From positions 14,123,807 to 14,187,806 of the forward strand of contig NC_134031.1 of assembly GCF_964204645.1 (NCBI RefSeq): 64,000 nucleotides of DNA, written 5' to 3'. Positions 63,695 to 64,000 of the stretch are shown piece after piece. Each line of letters starts with the position of its first letter. Within the stretch, counting starts at the first letter, position 1. Both the position numbers and the translations under genes were made by a program. This stretch comes from Tubulanus polymorphus (lineage: Eukaryota > Animalia > Nemertea). The notes under the pieces are model-generated. The model was not told the origin of the DNA and did not search any database. It saw only the letters and a program-made list of their open reading frames with translations.

Positions 63695-64000
63695 GTCCAG
63701 CTTTTGTTTTCAACCATAAATTCCCAAATCAATCCAGCTAAGTCAAACAGGTGATTTTGGTCCACCCTGGTTATTAATGTAGGATACCGAGACTGAATTG
63801 TCAGTTTGAATTAGGATATGTTTATTTCCCAAAAACTTGGAAAAACTCTTTAGACCATAAAGAACTGCCCGTAACTCTAAAACATTGATATGCAATAATT
63901 GTTCTTGTTCAGTCCAGTGACCTCCAGTTCGCAAATCACCCAGAATAGCGCCCCAACCTGACATTGACGCATCAGTGGTCAAAGTGACCTCAGGAGAAAT
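63695..64000 (-). pseudogene. DIRS RNase H domain
   Basis: TTDASMSGWGA, HINVLELRAV, IQTDN, YINNQGG; joins 56952 downwards once the BEL element and one TSD are removed (KSWT|TATHISG). Confidence 0.85.

Larger units (their letters stand above)
55170..64000 (-). mobile_element. DIRS-like tyrosine-recombinase retrotransposon (3' part; continues beyond the window; interrupted by BEL)
   Basis: RNase H TTDASMSGWGA...HINVLEL...TDN; HISGVSN.DAD.ISR; methyltransferase-like IDLFA; YR HSTRSASASAA...GWS...TF..YY; 30-bp inverted repeat 55170-55199/55338-55367. Confidence 0.88.

Overview
AT-rich eukaryotic (spliceosomal introns; probably marine invertebrate, inferred) DNA composed almost entirely of nested transposable elements and their relics. 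I found no intact host gene, rRNA gene or CRISPR array. The main elements are: a complete CMC/EnSpm-type element (1379-8307, AT TSD) with a transposase and a DUF4806-like second gene; Helentron RepHel fragments; three Helentron-type non-autonomous elements (HINEs); five piggyBac elements or relics; an L2-clade LINE 3' end; and a two-gene Kolobok (16726-25034, TTAA) with a THAP-DDE transposase and an intact convergent gene for a P2X7-ballast-like (KolX-type) protein. Two further TTAA elements carry 'Mutator-like' (Kolobok-Hydra-type) transposases. There are also P-element and MULE relics, three CAG...CTG elements with apparent 6-bp TSDs, an AT-rich virus/Polinton-like relic next to a long hairpin, a degenerate PHD finger + USP-type deubiquitinase + NOF/MULE-like transposase gene, and a DIRS retrotransposon interrupted by a young full-length BEL/Pao LTR element. 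The most notable observations are: (1) about 18 of 21-22 coding TE remnants face the + strand and belong to many different families, which resembles a uni-strand (flamenco-like) piRNA cluster; (2) the PHD-USP-transposase fusion; (3) the intact Kolobok ballast-domain gene. All family calls rest on motif recognition by eye; no database searches were run.
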